Origin: Hemiscyllium ocellatum
Lineage: Eukaryota
NCBI RefSeq assembly: GCF_020745735.1
Contig: NC_083413.1
Location: forward strand, 98,242,409-98,306,408
Length of the DNA: 64,000 nucleotides
Reading direction: 5' to 3'
The notes beneath the pieces were generated by a model, which was not told where the DNA came from, searched no databases, and was given only the letters and a program-made list of their open reading frames with translations. The position numbers and the translations under genes were made by a program. This document shows positions 62,273 to 64,000 of this stretch, in pieces. The first letter of the stretch is position 1; the number at the start of each line of letters is the position of its first letter.

Positions 62273-63615
62273 TCAGGAGCCCAGGCAAAACTGGAATGAA
62301 TGTGGTATCAGGAAGCAAACTCTGATAGATGGAGTCAAAACTGGCACAGAGTGGTTCTTAGAGGTCAGTTTTCTCATCTCCTGGTCATTTCTGCAGCAGT
62401 TCCTCAGAGTAGTGCTCGAGGCCCAACCATCTTCGGCTGCTTCATCAATGATGTGCTCTCCATCAGAAAGTCCGAAGTGGGGATGTTTGCCGATAATTGC
62501 ACAATATTCAGCACCATTCACAACTCATCTGATACTGAAGAAATCAATGTTTGAAGGGAGCAAGGTATCAACAATATCATGGAATTGTAGAATCCCTACT
62601 CTGCAGACAGAGGCCATTCAGCCCATTGGGTCAGCACCAACCCTCCGAAGACCATCCCACACAACCACCCAACTGGCATAATTCTGCATTTATCATGGAT
62701 AAGCTAACGAGCCTGCACAGCTTTGGACTGTGAGATGAAACCATTGAAACCAAACCCACACATACAGGTAAACTCCATGCAGACGATCCTTCAAGGCCAG
62801 AACCTAACCTTGGGTGCCTGGTGCCATGAGGCAGCGTTGATTGCCACTGTGCTGCCAGATATGCTGGGTATCTGGGCTTGGGCTGAAAAATGGCAGATAA
62901 GATTCACGCCATACAAATGCAAAGCAATGACTATCTGTGATAAGAGATGACCTTCCCCCCACACCTTGACATTCAATGGTGTTAACATCAGTAAATTCCC
63001 CATTATCAATATTGGCCAGAAAGTCATCTGGGCTCACCCCATCAATACAGTGGCTGGGACAGCAGGTCAGAGGCTCAGAATACTGTCGCAAACAAATCAC
63101 CTCCTGACTCACAAAAACCTGTCCACCACCTGCAAGGCACAGGTTAGGAGCGTGATGGAATACTCCCCAATTGCTTGGATGAGTGAAACTTCAACAAAAC
63201 TGATGGATCTTGACACCATCCTAAACAAAGCAGTGCATTTGATTAGCACTACATCCACAAACAGCCACTATCTTCACCACTGACAGCAGTGTGTTCAGTC
63301 TACAGGACACATGTGGAAATTCACTAAAAGTCCTTAAACAGCACTGTCCAAAACTATGATTAGTACCATCTAGAAGAACAAGGACAGTGGATACCTGGGA
63401 ACACCACCACCTGAAAGTTCCTCTCCAAGCCACTCTCCAGCTTGACTTGGAAATATATCACCATGCCTTCAATGCCAGACTGGGTCAAAATCCTGGAATC
63501 CATGCCCTTATGGCATTGTAGGTCAACCTACAGCACATGGACCGCAGCAGTTCAAGAACACAGCTCACATCACCTCTCAAGGGCAATTGAGGTTGACTAA
63601 TAAATGCTGGCCAGC
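62273..63615 (+). mobile_element. CR1/L2-type LINE 3' fragment interrupted by an old V-SINE (about 62580-62850, -)
   Basis: ORF 62300-62554 VPQSSARGPTIFGCFIND...VGMFADNCT; ORF 62966-63283 KAQVRSVMEYSPIAW. Confidence 0.8.
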
Positions 63616-64000
63616 CAATGATTCTGTGTCAGTAAACAAAAAGAATTGGTCATAAGGAATCTGTGACCTAGTGTTCTCGCTTTCCTTGGGTATCTGTAAA
63701 AGCAGCATTGTAGTCAATGTGGACCATGAATAGGAAAATGCCCTCAATCGCTAATATCTTTCACTGTAGAACTGTTTTGCATGTGGGTCAATAGCCTGAA
63801 GGGAATATCTAATTCCAGTGGCATTGTGATTCAGTTAGCATCTTTCAATTAGAATTTCAGAGTGTGGGATCCTAGCGAAAGGGGAACAACTTACCCCAGT
63901 GTTCAGGTGTCATTGGGAGTATCTCTCAAAGTAAAATTATACTGAGTGTGGGTAACTAACTGGAGGGGAACAACGTAGCCAGTGGCCTTGCATAAGTAGG

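Noticed and set aside
63111-63119. Perfect RSS nonamer ACAAAAACC
   Set aside because: No CAC-starting heptamer at 12- or 23-bp spacing, and it lies inside a LINE fragment.

Overview
Eukaryotic genomic DNA from a cartilaginous fish; the SINE/LINE/Penelope families and the Ig sequence suggest an orectolobiform (bamboo/epaulette/nurse-type) shark, which is an inference. The only intact gene found is a + strand IgM heavy-chain constant region: CH1 9915-10223, CH2 13330-13641, CH3 15622-15930, CH4 plus secretory tail 16378-16769, TM1 19532-19659 and TM2 19799-19807. All six exons are open, have GT-AG sites and join in frame. No V, D or J segment was recognised, so the window probably starts inside the J-C intron. 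The rest is mostly interspersed repeats (HE1/V-SINEs, CR1-clade LINE fragments, Penelope-like elements), with a 100-N gap at 29822-29921. Less ordinary observations: very short hammerhead-ribozyme-bearing Penelope-derived insertions with 9-17 bp target-site duplications; a disabled last exon of an ASRGL1-like asparaginase on the - strand; an ERV env fragment running into the gap; an octamer-variant/E-box cluster just 3' of TM2 (candidate Emu3'-like enhancer); a CpG-decayed tRNA-Glu inside a minisatellite; and a perfect 44-bp inverted repeat. All identifications were made by eye; no database searches were run.
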